This document shows positions 17,540-27,577 of a DNA stretch of 64,000 nucleotides, in pieces. How positions within the stretch are numbered: the first letter of the stretch is position 1; each line of letters starts with the position of its first letter. The stretch covers positions 1,792,001-1,856,000 of the forward strand of contig OZ245742.1 of the NCBI GenBank assembly GCA_965227295.1, written 5' to 3'. This DNA comes from Leptonemataceae bacterium. Its GTDB lineage: Bacteria; Spirochaetota; Leptospiria; Leptospirales; Leptonemataceae. Made by a program: the position numbers and the translations under genes. The notes under the pieces were generated by a model. The model worked only from the letters and a program-made list of their open reading frames with translations. It had not been told where the DNA came from and ran no database searches.

Positions 17540-19240
17540 TTGTCTTACGTAGAAGTGTGCTCTCGTCGATCCAGTCCCCCCTTTCCGGCGGTCGTCGTCG
17601 TGGCTGTCGTCTGTGCCTGTTCGGCGGCCTGTGCCCCGTTCTACGCCGTGGCCGACGCCCTGATGGGCTCCGGCGAAGAGGACAGCCTCCTGATTCCACC
17701 GCTCTTACTGCCCATCTTCTTTCAGCCCACGGCTGACAACGCCGCTCTGCTTTCGGTGCAGCCGACGAACACGTATCCCCTCGTCGACAATCAGCCCATC
17801 GTCCTCCAGTTCAGCGCCGGCATGAATACGGGGGCCTGCACCTTTACGGACAACGGTCTCGGCAGTCCCGGTTCGGCCGTGTGGTCGACCACCGCCAACG
17901 GCAACGATACCCTGACCCTGAGCCCGGCGACGACCTGGAACACCGGCGACAATCCGGGGCTGCTTCTCGAAAACTGCGCCACCACAAACGGAGGCTCCGT
18001 GGACGGCGGCAACATCAGTCTCAGTTTTACGGTCTACGCCGCGAGCATGGTTCGCTACGTGAAGTCCGACGGCAGCGATGCGAACGACGGTCTCAGCGCC
18101 GGTTCCCCGAAGGCGACCATCCAGGCCGGCATTGCGGGTCTCAGTGCCATGGGATGCAGCGGGAACTGCGCGGTCTTCGTCCACGACGGAACGTACACCG
18201 AAGTCGTGACCATGGGCGCCGGCATCCGGATGTACGGCGGCTATCGCGACAGCTTTCAATCGCGCGTGCCCGGGGATCATCTTACGATTATCAACAGCGC
18301 GGTGGTGGCCTGCGGAACGGTGGCCATCACGCCGTGTGCCACCGTGATTGCCGCGGGCATCACGGATACGGCGATGCTCGACGGCTTTCAGATCAACGGG
18401 ACCACCGGTCGTGACTATACGAGCGGGCTGCGACTCTCGGACGCGTATCCCATCATTCGGAATAATCGCATCAGCGCGCTCGGCGCGAACATCACGTCCG
18501 CCGGCATTCTGAACGACAACGATACTCCCGGCGTCGCCGTGCAGATTTACGACAACATCATCAACGGCGGGACGGCACCGTCCACGCGCGGTGTGTTGAT
18601 CTTGAGCGGCGCAGAGATGACTCTGGAGCGCAACACCATCTCCGGCGGCACCGCTACGACGACGGCTCACGGGCTGAGCATTACGAGCATTGCGTCACCG
18701 GGTGTTCTGGCGGTGAACAACTTCATTGACGGCGGCAGCGCGAACAACACCGCCGGGGTTTACCTGGCCAGTACCTTCAACACGGTGCAACTTTACAATA
18801 ACACGGTTCATGCCGGAACTGCCGCCACCCGATCCACCGGTCTGTTGTTGCAGGCGGACGGCGGGGCGGACATCCGCAACAACATCGTTCAGGGCCACGG
18901 CAGTGGTGACGATGTCTGTGTGCGTGAAGCCGACGCATCGTCGAGTCCGTCGGCCTTCACCGCGAACAACCTCTTTAACTGCGGAACGTTGTACTTTAAC
19001 GACGGCTTTACGTCGTACTTCACGGCGGGCACCATCGACGGTGCGGGCCTCGGCAGTGGTACCGTGGGCGTCGATCCGCAGTTCACCGCGACCGATGATC
19101 GCACGCTTACATCGAATACGCCGTGCTCCGTAAGCCAGGGCGGCAGTGACAGCGCCGGCGTGCGGGTGGACTTTTCCGGCGAAACCCGAACGAGTCCCGT
19201 GAGTATCGGCGCCGACGAGTGGGACGGTAACTGCACGTGA
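17540..19240 (+). CDS. Surface lipoprotein with an Ig-like region and a parallel beta-helix region
   Basis: Hydrophobic/Cys signal region; GSDANDG.S..SPKATIQAG; repeated NN.I.GG motifs; SIGADE ending; exact start uncertain. Confidence 0.75.
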   Translation: MSYVEVCSRRSSPPFPAVVVVAVVCACSAACAPFYAVADALMGSGEEDSLLIPPLLLPIFFQPTADNAALLSVQPTNTYPLVDNQPIVLQFSAGMNTGACTFTDNGLGSPGSAVWSTTANGNDTLTLSPATTWNTGDNPGLLLENCATTNGGSVDGGNISLSFTVYAASMVRYVKSDGSDANDGLSAGSPKATIQAGIAGLSAMGCSGNCAVFVHDGTYTEVVTMGAGIRMYGGYRDSFQSRVPGDHLTIINSAVVACGTVAITPCATVIAAGITDTAMLDGFQINGTTGRDYTSGLRLSDAYPIIRNNRISALGANITSAGILNDNDTPGVAVQIYDNIINGGTAPSTRGVLILSGAEMTLERNTISGGTATTTAHGLSITSIASPGVLAVNNFIDGGSANNTAGVYLASTFNTVQLYNNTVHAGTAATRSTGLLLQADGGADIRNNIVQGHGSGDDVCVREADASSSPSAFTANNLFNCGTLYFNDGFTSYFTAGTIDGAGLGSGTVGVDPQFTATDDRTLTSNTPCSVSQGGSDSAGVRVDFSGETRTSPVSIGADEWDGNCT

Positions 19241-19283
19241 GTGTGAGTTAGCTGCCCGGCGTCCGCCGTCGCCGAATGCCGGC

Positions 19284-20588
19284 TCAACCCCGCACGCGTT
19301 TTTCTTCGCTGCGCGCGATGATTTGTTTCTGAATTTCGGAAGTACCGCCGCCGATTTCGGCGAGCTTCACGTCACGGTACAGCCGGCATACGCGATATTC
19401 TTCCATGTAACCGGCGCCGCCGTGAATCTGCACTGCCAGGTTTGTCACCTCGCGCGCGTACGTGGATGCGAGCAACTTCACGGACGCTGAGCGGGCGGTC
19501 AAATCCAGGGGCTGTCCGTTGTGCGTGAGCTTGCGGCTGCGGCGGCTCTGCGGTTTTTCGAGAACGGCCGTGGTTCCGCTGCTATCGTCGGCGCCGGCGC
19601 TCGCGCTCTCGTTCGCCGGAGCGCTGAGCGGGGTTTCGTTGTATGCCTGATCAAAGAGCCAGGCCGTTTCCATCGTCAGCATACGCGCGGCCTCGTACTT
19701 CGTATACATGTCCGCGAGCATAAAGGCCACGCTCTGGTGGCGATCGATTTTGCGGCCGAAGGACTTGCGTTCTTTAGCGAAGCGCCGGCTGTCCGTAATG
19801 CACGCGGCCATGACGCCCGTGGAGTACGCGGCGAGGGCCAGGCGCTCTTTATTGAAGGCTTCCATGGTCACACGAAAGCCGCGCCCGGTTCGGTCGGCGC
19901 CGCCGAGGACCGCGTCCCCGGGAATGCGGACGTCTTCAAAAAACAGCTCCCCGGTCGGCGAGCCGCGCAAACCCATTTTCTTCATGGGTTTGCCGCGGCT
20001 GACGCCTTCCAGGGATGCGTCCACGATGAAATGCGTGAGGCCGAGATCACGGCCGTCCGTGCCGCGCGTTTTCGCCAGCACCAGGGCGACGTCGCAGATG
20101 GGCGCGTTTGTAATGTACGTTTTCTGTCCGTTAAGGACGTAGTCGCCTTTGTCCGTTTGCTGTGCGAGTGCCGTGAGGCCCTGAACGTCCGAGCCGGCCG
20201 CCGGTTCGGTGACGGCCAGGCAGCCGATCAGATCGCCCGAGATGATTTTGCGTAGATAGCGGTCTTGCTGCTCCTCGGAACCCTGGCTTGCCAGCGGCCC
20301 GCCGAAGAGTCCGCACGAAGCCCCCGCCGAGAAAAACGTGGAACCGCAGGTTTCGGCGAGTACGATCTGGGCGAGGGTGGCCAGCGTGTATGAGGCGTTC
20401 TGTCCGCCGTAGCGTTCTTCGTGCAGCAGACCGTTCCAGCCCACTGAGCCGAGCTTGCGATAGTGCTCGCGGGGGATGAAGCCGCTGTCCTCACTCTCTT
20501 CGACGAAGGGGGCGATCTCTTTTTCACAGAACTTCCGGAACGCGTCCAGAAATTCCTGTTCTTCGGGTGTGGGGTTGAAGTCCAGCAT
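19284..20588 (-). CDS. Acyl-CoA dehydrogenase with a low-complexity insertion
   Basis: AVTEP.AGSD, NGQKTYITN, KMGLRGSPT, QIHGGAGY..EY, IGGGTSEIQ. Confidence 0.93.
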   Translation of the reverse strand: MLDFNPTPEEQEFLDAFRKFCEKEIAPFVEESEDSGFIPREHYRKLGSVGWNGLLHEERYGGQNASYTLATLAQIVLAETCGSTFFSAGASCGLFGGPLASQGSEEQQDRYLRKIISGDLIGCLAVTEPAAGSDVQGLTALAQQTDKGDYVLNGQKTYITNAPICDVALVLAKTRGTDGRDLGLTHFIVDASLEGVSRGKPMKKMGLRGSPTGELFFEDVRIPGDAVLGGADRTGRGFRVTMEAFNKERLALAAYSTGVMAACITDSRRFAKERKSFGRKIDRHQSVAFMLADMYTKYEAARMLTMETAWLFDQAYNETPLSAPANESASAGADDSSGTTAVLEKPQSRRSRKLTHNGQPLDLTARSASVKLLASTYAREVTNLAVQIHGGAGYMEEYRVCRLYRDVKLAEIGGGTSEIQKQIIARSEEKRVRG

Positions 20589-20627
20589 GATGATTCTCCG
20601 ATGTTGCTAAAGTACGGCGCGCGGTAG

Positions 20628-21785
20628 TTAGCGGACTCCCGCGTAGTTTGCCGCGATGATGGAACGCATGACCTCGGAGGTGCCGCCGCCCAGGGTCGAG
20701 AGACGCACGTCACGATAAAAACGTTCTACGGGATACTCGTGAATGAAACAATAACCGCCGTGAATCTGGCCGAGTTCGTAGGCGGCTTCGATGGCTGCCT
20801 CGGTGATGTGCAACTTGGCCATGGACGATTCGACCGGCGCCGGTTCGCCGCGATCTTTTTTCACGGCGGACCAGTAGAGCAGGAGCCGGGAGGCGTCCAG
20901 TTTCGAGCGCACCCGGGCGATTTTGTCCTGAATGGCCTGGAACTTGATGATGGCCTCGCCGAATTGCCGGCGATTTTTCGCGTAGCGAACGGACTCGTCC
21001 AGCATGCCCTGCACGCCGCCGATGCCGGCCGCCACAAGTACGGTACGTTCCCATTCCAGCGTGGCCCGGCCGATGCGCGCAAAGCCCGAATCGACTTTGC
21101 TCAGTAAGTTTTCCTCAGGAACTTCTAAGTCCTGAAAGACCAGCTCACTCGTAACGCTCGTGCGCATGCCCATCTTCTCCAGCGGCTTGCCGGCGCTGAA
21201 GCCCGGAAAGTCCTTCTCGACGATGAAGGCGGAGACGCCCATGGGCCCCTTCTTTTTGTCGGTGACGGCCATAACGATAAAAACGTCGCCGATGGGGCCG
21301 TTCGTGATGAACATCTTCGAGCCGTTGAGAATCCAGCGGTCGCCTTTTTTTTCGGCGCGGGTTTCCATGGAACCGGCGGCGTCGCTGCCGGAAGCCGGCT
21401 CGGTGAGGCCCAGGCCGGCGGTCCATTCACCGGTGGCGAGCTTCGGCACGTAGCGTTGTTTCTGTGCTTCCGTGCCGCAGAGTACGATGGGCATACTGCC
21501 GATGATGGTATGCGCACCCCAGGCCAGGGTGAGCCCGCCGTCGTTCGCGCCCTCGGAAAACTTTTCGGTGGCGTAGGTCGTGGTGAGACAGTCGGCGCCC
21601 TGGCCGCCGTACTCCTCGGGGAAGCACAGGCCCAAAAGACCCATCTCACCCATTTTGCGCCAGATGTTCGGGTCCCAGTGTTCGCTCTTGTCGCGTTCTT
21701 CGGCGGAAGGTTTTACGTGTTCCGCGGCGAATTCCTTCACGGCTTCGCCGAATTCGATGACGTTTTCCGGTAATGTAAAGTTCAT
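20628..21785 (-). CDS. Acyl-CoA dehydrogenase
   Basis: LTEP.SGSD, NGSKMFITN, KMGMR, QIHGGY, GGGTSEV. Confidence 0.94.
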   Translation of the reverse strand: MNFTLPENVIEFGEAVKEFAAEHVKPSAEERDKSEHWDPNIWRKMGEMGLLGLCFPEEYGGQGADCLTTTYATEKFSEGANDGGLTLAWGAHTIIGSMPIVLCGTEAQKQRYVPKLATGEWTAGLGLTEPASGSDAAGSMETRAEKKGDRWILNGSKMFITNGPIGDVFIVMAVTDKKKGPMGVSAFIVEKDFPGFSAGKPLEKMGMRTSVTSELVFQDLEVPEENLLSKVDSGFARIGRATLEWERTVLVAAGIGGVQGMLDESVRYAKNRRQFGEAIIKFQAIQDKIARVRSKLDASRLLLYWSAVKKDRGEPAPVESSMAKLHITEAAIEAAYELGQIHGGYCFIHEYPVERFYRDVRLSTLGGGTSEVMRSIIAANYAGVR

Positions 21786-21808
21786 AGAAGTTACCCTGCG
21801 TAGCTTTA

Positions 21809-22489
21809 TTATTCCTTTTCCGGTTTGCGTGTGCCGAAGGAGCCGCCGTTGATGAAGGCGCGCATCTTGCGTTTCAGCGTGCGGATTTGTTTTGAGTCCG
21901 TTCGGCGAACCGGCGAGAAGACGCCCGTGGAAAGCGACGTGAGCAGCATTTCCACCGAACCGAAGAAGGCGATCGAGAGCAGCCGCGGATCCGCGTCCGC
22001 CGGCAACTCGCCGTTCTTAATGCCTTCTTTAAAGATGCCTTCGATCATTTGAATGATGCGCCGGACGATTTGCAGATTCGGCAGGTTCTCGATGCTCCGC
22101 GCCCGTACGATTTCCTGGATGAGCAGGCGAATGATGTCCGGGCGCGCGATGAACGTGTCCAGCATGTAGTCGGAAATCTCCATGAGCTTCTCGGCGGTGC
22201 TCAGGTTTTCCATGGCCGAGATTTTCGCGATGCGCCGGCCGAAGCGCTGCCAGAGGTTTTCCAGGATGCTGGAGAGGATCTTCTCTTTCGAGCCGAAGTA
22301 GTGATACACCAGGCCGTAGGCTACGCCGGCGCGCTCGGCAATGTCGGCGATGCGCGTGCCGTGATAGCCTTTCTCGCTGACCACCGCAATGGCCGCGGCC
22401 AGGATGTCCGCCTGGCGTTCGAGTTTCTGCCTGGTACGCAGACTGCCCTGGGCCTCGGCTTTGGTGCTGGAGCGTGCTGCCATCTTCAT
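21809..22489 (-). CDS. TetR/AcrR-family regulator
   Basis: IL.AA..V.SEKGYHGT.IADIAERAGVAYGLVYHYFGSKE; start assumed at MKMAA. Confidence 0.93.
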   Translation of the reverse strand: MKMAARSSTKAEAQGSLRTRQKLERQADILAAAIAVVSEKGYHGTRIADIAERAGVAYGLVYHYFGSKEKILSSILENLWQRFGRRIAKISAMENLSTAEKLMEISDYMLDTFIARPDIIRLLIQEIVRARSIENLPNLQIVRRIIQMIEGIFKEGIKNGELPADADPRLLSIAFFGSVEMLLTSLSTGVFSPVRRTDSKQIRTLKRKMRAFINGGSFGTRKPEKE

Positions 22490-22524
22490 TGACACATATG
22501 TCAATCATTGACTCGGATGTCAAC
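22488..22524. promoter_or_regulatory. Tandem TTGAC-N6-GTCAA operators over the tetR promoter
   Basis: ATTGACACATATGTCAAT (22488-22505) and ATTGACTCGGATGTCAAC (22507-22524). Confidence 0.7.
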
Positions 22525-22577
22525 GAGTTTCCAAAAAAAGGTTCGTCGCCCGGCCCGGCGCGAAAGATTCAACCATC

Positions 22578-22901
22578 ATGCTGGATACGATCCCGGACAA
22601 CATCGAGTACGACCAGGCCGATCTGCGCATCACCTGGAAGGACGGCCATACGTGCAGTTACGAGCTGTTGAATCTGCGCAAGAACTGTCCCTGCGCCCAA
22701 TGTCGCGGCGGGCACGATGCCGGCGCCGTACGAACGACGGGGGGAATCACGGACATCCGCCTGGTTTCCTGGAAGAAGGTCGGCCGGTACGCGCTGGGGA
22801 TCACCTGGTCGGACGGGCACGACACCGGCATTTTCACGTACGACGTGCTGCGTCAGTGTTGCGATGACGGTGTGCCCTACGCCCCGCCGGGGGAGCGCTA
22901 G
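22578..22901 (+). CDS. DUF971 / gamma-butyrobetaine hydroxylase N-terminal-like protein
   Basis: ITW.DGH...Y...LR..CPCA.C; VGRYAL.I.WSDGHDTGIF. Confidence 0.88.
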   Translation: MLDTIPDNIEYDQADLRITWKDGHTCSYELLNLRKNCPCAQCRGGHDAGAVRTTGGITDIRLVSWKKVGRYALGITWSDGHDTGIFTYDVLRQCCDDGVPYAPPGER

Positions 22902-22903
22902 GC

Positions 22904-25063
22904 TCACAGCACAAAGCCGTGTTTGCGCAACGGCAGCGATCGCAAACGTTTGCCGGTCGCCGCGAAGATGGCGTTCGTTAACGCCGGGGCGAGCGGCGGG
23001 ACGGCCGGTTCGCCGACGCCGGTGGACGGTTGATCGCTTGCGACGATGTGCACGTCCATAGGCGGAATATCTTTTAGTCGCAACATCTTGTAGTCGTGAA
23101 AGTTGCTCTGTTGCACTTTGCCGTCTTTGATGCTGATCTCACCGATCAACGTCGCGGTTAAGGCCCAGACGATGGATGACTCGACCTGCGCACGCACGCC
23201 GAGGGGATTTACCGCCATGCCGCAGTCGATGGCCGTGGTGATGCGATGGATCGTGAGTTGCTGCTTGCCGTCTTCGATTTCCTGCACCGAGATTTCCACG
23301 ACATGCGCCGCCACGGATTGAAAGCTTTCGTGAATGGCTACGCCCTGAAAGCGTCCCTGCGCCGCGCGGCCCCAGCCGGATTTTTCGGTCAGCAAATCCA
23401 GGACGCCGAGATGTCGCTCCTGACCGGGCAGGTGTTTGCGTAAGTAATCCGCGGGGTCTGCGCCGGCGGCGTGGGCCGCCTCGTCCATCATGCTCTGCAC
23501 GTAGAAGCCGTTGTGGGTATGACCGACCGCGCGCCAGTTGCCGATGGGTACCGGTGTTGCGTGCTCTATGAATTCGATTGCAGGCCTGGCGGTATAGGTG
23601 TGCTCCGTTCCTTCGATCTGCAAATCCTGAGTAAAAAAGCTGTACGGCAACCAGCCGAGGCCGAGGATATTCCATCGCGACCAGATTTGACCCATGAGCG
23701 CTGGAGAGACAATGACCTGGCGCCAGTCTTTGATCGTCCCGTTTTCGCTCAGCGTTACTTCAAAGCGCGCCATGCTGGCCGGCCGGTAGAAATCGTGACG
23801 CGTATCTTCTTCCCGCGACCAGATCAACATCACCGGCTTTCGAATCGCCATGCCGATGTGCAGGGCCTGCTCGACGTAATCACTTTCCAGGCGCCGTCCG
23901 AAACCGCCGCCGAGAAACGTCGGCCGGATGTGAATCTTTTCCAGGGGCAGGCCGGTGACTCCGGTGGCGGCTTTGCCGACCAGGGTAAGGTTCTGCGACG
24001 GCGTCCAGATGTCACACCGATCATCCGTCACATGGACCGTGCAGTTCATGGGCTCCATGCAGGCATGCGCAAGAAACGGAACCTCGTACCCGGCTTCGAG
24101 GACCTGTTCGCCCGGTGCCGGTTTTGATCCGGCTCCTTCGAGTTTGCGACGAAACGCCTCGCTAAGTTTCTCCGAGGAAAACTCAGTATCGCCGCCCCGA
24201 AAGCGCGGCCGGAGCGCACCGAGTCCCATCTTTGCCTGGTAGTACGTATCGGCGACGACGGCGACGCCGTTCGGAATCTCGACGACCTCGGTAACGCCCT
24301 TAACTTTCAGCGCCGCTTCTTTATCCATGCTATCGAGGGAACCGCCGAAGACCGGCGCGCATTCCACGGTGGCGTAGACCATGCCGGGCAGGCGGACATC
24401 GATACCGTACTCCGCCCTGCCGTTTGTCTTGAGCGGGGTGTCCAGACGTTTTACGTCTTTGCCGATCAAACGAAACTCTTCGCGCGATTTTAACTGCACT
24501 TCTTCTTCGGCCGGTGGTTCCAGTTTCGCGGCGTCGAGGGCAACCTCACCGTAGCCCAGGCGTTTGCCGCTGGCGTGCACCACTTCGCCGGCATCGGTGG
24601 AGACTTCGGAGAGCGGAACGTTCCATTTAGTGGCGGCGGCCTTGCGCAGTTGCAGTCGCGCGGCGGCCCCGGCCTTACGCAGGACGGGGGACCACTCGCG
24701 TACGCTGCTGCTGCCGCCGGTGGACTGATGGCCGAGGCGGCCCGGGCGTATGTACGCGTCGTCCAGGGGGGCCATGCGAATCTGGAGTTGATCCCAGTCG
24801 GCGTCCAGTTCCTCGCAGATCAACATCGGTAGCGATGTGTACACGCCCTGACCCATTTCCACCGAGGGTAACATGAAGGTAATCGTGCCGCCCGGAGCGA
24901 TGTGCAGCCAGACCGGAAAGCTCGCCCCGTCTTCCGGAAGAGCTTCGCCCGTAGCGGGGATGATGTTCGAGGATGACTTCGTATTGCAGCCGATGAGCAG
25001 ACCCGCGCCCAAAACGGCGGAGGCTTTTAAGAAATCCCGGCGGTTGAGTTTCTCTGCGTGCAT
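22904..25063 (-). CDS. Xanthine dehydrogenase-family molybdopterin subunit (IorB-like), Tat-exported
   Basis: NRRDFLK Tat motif, EMGQG, TGGSSS, HACMEPMN, LGGGFGRR, GVGEP. Confidence 0.93.
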   Translation of the reverse strand: MHAEKLNRRDFLKASAVLGAGLLIGCNTKSSSNIIPATGEALPEDGASFPVWLHIAPGGTITFMLPSVEMGQGVYTSLPMLICEELDADWDQLQIRMAPLDDAYIRPGRLGHQSTGGSSSVREWSPVLRKAGAAARLQLRKAAATKWNVPLSEVSTDAGEVVHASGKRLGYGEVALDAAKLEPPAEEEVQLKSREEFRLIGKDVKRLDTPLKTNGRAEYGIDVRLPGMVYATVECAPVFGGSLDSMDKEAALKVKGVTEVVEIPNGVAVVADTYYQAKMGLGALRPRFRGGDTEFSSEKLSEAFRRKLEGAGSKPAPGEQVLEAGYEVPFLAHACMEPMNCTVHVTDDRCDIWTPSQNLTLVGKAATGVTGLPLEKIHIRPTFLGGGFGRRLESDYVEQALHIGMAIRKPVMLIWSREEDTRHDFYRPASMARFEVTLSENGTIKDWRQVIVSPALMGQIWSRWNILGLGWLPYSFFTQDLQIEGTEHTYTARPAIEFIEHATPVPIGNWRAVGHTHNGFYVQSMMDEAAHAAGADPADYLRKHLPGQERHLGVLDLLTEKSGWGRAAQGRFQGVAIHESFQSVAAHVVEISVQEIEDGKQQLTIHRITTAIDCGMAVNPLGVRAQVESSIVWALTATLIGEISIKDGKVQQSNFHDYKMLRLKDIPPMDVHIVASDQPSTGVGEPAVPPLAPALTNAIFAATGKRLRSLPLRKHGFVL

Positions 25064-25082
25064 AGGTGCTTCTCTCCGAATG

Positions 25083-25532
25083 TTAAGACTGCCCCGTGGC
25101 GCGTTTGATGGCCCGGCGAATGCGCGGGTAGGTGCCGCAACGACAGATGTTCGTCATGGCCTGATCGATGTCCGCATCGTTCGGGCGCGGCTTCTGTTTG
25201 AGCAGCGCCGCCGCCGCCATGATCTGACCCGACTGGCAGTAGCCGCACTGCGGGACATCCTCCGCGATCCAGGCCTTTTGCAACGGATGATCGTTGTTTT
25301 CCGACAAACCTTCGATGGTCTCAATCTTACGGCCCACGGCCTGTGAGACGGGAAAGATGCATGTGCGCCGGGCCTCGCCGTTCAACAGCACCGTGCACGC
25401 ACCGCACTGCGCAATGCCGCAACCGAATTTGGTTCCGGTCAGATTCAGCGTATCCCGAAGCACCCATAGCAGCGGTGTATGCGGTTCCACGTCGACATCG
25501 TATTTTGTGTTGTTGATATCCAGGCTGAACAT
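25083..25532 (-). CDS. (2Fe-2S)-binding subunit (IorA-like)
   Basis: [30 protein letters not shown]. Confidence 0.95.
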   Translation of the reverse strand: MFSLDINNTKYDVDVEPHTPLLWVLRDTLNLTGTKFGCGIAQCGACTVLLNGEARRTCIFPVSQAVGRKIETIEGLSENNDHPLQKAWIAEDVPQCGYCQSGQIMAAAALLKQKPRPNDADIDQAMTNICRCGTYPRIRRAIKRATGQS

Positions 25533-25610
25533 GCGCGGTCTCCCGAAAGGTTGTCCCAGATCAACTCAGAACCCGGGTGAATACAAGAGGATTTTCTGAG
25601 ATTGGTTGAA

Positions 25611-26222
25611 CTATCGTAAATCTTCGCAGGCCGTCAGATCTTCCGGGCGGTCCACGTCCAGGGCGGCCTCCGGGCAGGGGAGCGCCTGGACGCGGTGTCG
25701 TTCGCGAAAGAGCAGATCCCGCGCGCCGCGATCTCCGCTGAGTTCGAGAAGATGGTGGAAGTCCTGCCGACCGAAGACGCACGGTGCGCCGATGCGTTCC
25801 GCGTATGTGCTGGCAATGATACTGTCCGGGTTCGTGAGCCAGGCGTCGATCAGGGCGGTGAAGTGTTCCCGGGGAATGCGAGGCTGATCGCAGAGTGCAA
25901 TGAACAATGCTGCGCATTCCGGTGGCGCGGAGCGAACACCCAGTTGCAGTGAGCCCGCCATGCCTTGGTCCCAGTTTTCGTTGACTAAGATGCGCGGAGG
26001 GGCGGCTAACTGCTGTAAGATTTCCCGACAACGTTCGGTTTCCGCTCCGAGGACGACATCGACCGGGCAGCCGGTGGCTCGGGCCTGCTCCATGGCGTGG
26101 ACCAGGAGCGGCCGGCCTTCAAAGTGAACGAGTTGTTTGGGCCGGCCCATGCGACGACCGGCTCCGGCAGCCAGGACAATGACACGCACCCGCGAGCGTT
26201 TGTCGTCAGGAAGTGCCGGCAT
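25611..26222 (-). CDS. Molybdenum cofactor cytidylyltransferase (MocA-like)
   Basis: LAAG.GRRMG.PKQL, GMAGSL, LCDQP, GDRGAR, DVD.PED. Confidence 0.88.
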   Translation of the reverse strand: MPALPDDKRSRVRVIVLAAGAGRRMGRPKQLVHFEGRPLLVHAMEQARATGCPVDVVLGAETERCREILQQLAAPPRILVNENWDQGMAGSLQLGVRSAPPECAALFIALCDQPRIPREHFTALIDAWLTNPDSIIASTYAERIGAPCVFGRQDFHHLLELSGDRGARDLLFRERHRVQALPCPEAALDVDRPEDLTACEDLR

Positions 26223-27318
26223 GATTGGCTGTTCCTGTGGACAGACGCAGCGATTGTCCCGAACGTCCGGCCAGCGCGGCCTGGATTTCGGCGACGACGG
26301 CGAGGGCGATCGCCTCGGGAATCGTGCCGCCCAGGTCGAGACCGACGGGACTTCGCAGCCGTTCGATGTCGGGTACGGGGCCGAGGCGTTCGAGCAGTTT
26401 TTCCCGTCGCCGCACCGGGCCGAGCAGACCGATGTATGCGACGGTGCTGTGGAATAAGACGCGCAGGTATTCCGTGTCGGATTCGAAGTGATGGCTCATA
26501 ACAATCGCTGCGTCGATGTTAGCAGCATTGATGAATGGTTCGAGTTCCGCCGGCCGACCGAGACGCAGTTCCACGCCCTCCGGAAACTGCGCAGCGTCTT
26601 CGATGTAACGCGGTCGATGATCGCATATGATCACGCGCCAGCCGAGTTCAACGGCGAAGCGCGCTACCGGCGGGACGTCAGGTCCCGCGCCCAGAATCAA
26701 CAGCGCCGGCGCCGGTGGGATTCGGTGCAGGAAGACCTGGAGCGTCGCATCCCCCTGCTGTATATCCAGAAGTTCAGACGTTTCTGTCGATCGTTTCAGT
26801 TCTTGTGCCAGCAGATCCTTGCAGTACGCCGGCAGGCTCGGACTTGCGCCTGCTGCTCCGGCGGCAGCCCAGTAGAATGCGCCGCCAGCGTTGTCCGGGC
26901 GAGCATTCCGTGTGAGCACGGTGGCGAGGTGGACGGGATGTTGTTTCTCGCGCGCCGCTGCGATGATCGGCAGCGGGCCGTAGTCGTTGCCTGCGTTCAG
27001 GCGTTGTAGAAAGATCGTCGAGAGACCTTCGCAGCCGGCACCGATCCCCCAGATCAACTCATGATCCGGACGCAGATCGTATTCGATGAGTCGTGGTCGG
27101 CCGTCGGCCAGGACTTCATTGGAGTGCAGGAGCAAATCGCCTTCCAGGCAGCCGCCGCTCAGGAGACCGGCCGCGGCGCGGCCTTCGTCGAGGAGCATCA
27201 TGGCGCCGGCCTTGCGATACGTTGAGCCCCGCGTGGAAACAACCGTGGCCAGGACCAGGGGTTTGCCCGCGGCACGGAAATCGCGATAGGCCTGCAAGAT
27301 GCGAGAGAACTGCGGCAT
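26206..27318 (-). CDS. XdhC/CoxI-family Moco chaperone
   Basis: GSTYRKAGA.M, SGGCLE, GAGCEG, YIGLLGP, PVGLDLG...PEAIAL; start at MPQFS because the upstream ORF extension overlaps tRNA-Arg. Confidence 0.92.
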   Translation of the reverse strand: MPQFSRILQAYRDFRAAGKPLVLATVVSTRGSTYRKAGAMMLLDEGRAAAGLLSGGCLEGDLLLHSNEVLADGRPRLIEYDLRPDHELIWGIGAGCEGLSTIFLQRLNAGNDYGPLPIIAAAREKQHPVHLATVLTRNARPDNAGGAFYWAAAGAAGASPSLPAYCKDLLAQELKRSTETSELLDIQQGDATLQVFLHRIPPAPALLILGAGPDVPPVARFAVELGWRVIICDHRPRYIEDAAQFPEGVELRLGRPAELEPFINAANIDAAIVMSHHFESDTEYLRVLFHSTVAYIGLLGPVRRREKLLERLGPVPDIERLRSPVGLDLGGTIPEAIALAVVAEIQAALAGRSGQSLRLSTGTANHAGTS

Positions 27319-27437
27319 GGATCCGGGATCCAATTCTACCTGGAAAGAAAAAAGGGCAAGACCTTCTAAGCCGGCCGTAGTTGCAGTGAGACCGGCGATG
27401 GGGAAAAGCCGCCGGGGTGAGAAGGCGGGACTCGGTG

Positions 27438-27511
27438 TGCGCCCAGAAGGATTCGAACCTCCGACCCCTTGATTCGTAGTCAAGTGCTCTATCCAGCTGA
27501 GCTATGGGCGC
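27438..27511 (-). tRNA. tRNA-Arg(ACG)
   Basis: GCGCCCATAGCTCAGCTGGATAGAGCACTTGACTACGAATCAAGGGGTCGGAGGTTCGAATCCTTCTGGGCGCA cloverleaf; CCA not encoded. Confidence 0.97.
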
Positions 27512-27530
27512 TTTCGAAACGTGTCTGAGG

Positions 27531-27559
27531 CTTGTATTTTGACGGGCTCATCGGGTCAA
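27531..27559 (-). promoter_or_regulatory. Putative sigma70 promoter of tRNA-Arg
   Basis: Minus strand TTGACC-N17-TACAAG. Confidence 0.5.
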
Positions 27560-27577
27560 GGAATATACGCGCATATA

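Noticed and set aside
22904-27437. Molybdoenzyme cluster as a tRNA-Arg-integrated island
   Set aside because: No integrase and no duplicated tRNA 3' end were seen.
27319-27483. N-terminal extension of XdhC
   Set aside because: It runs through the tRNA-Arg gene.
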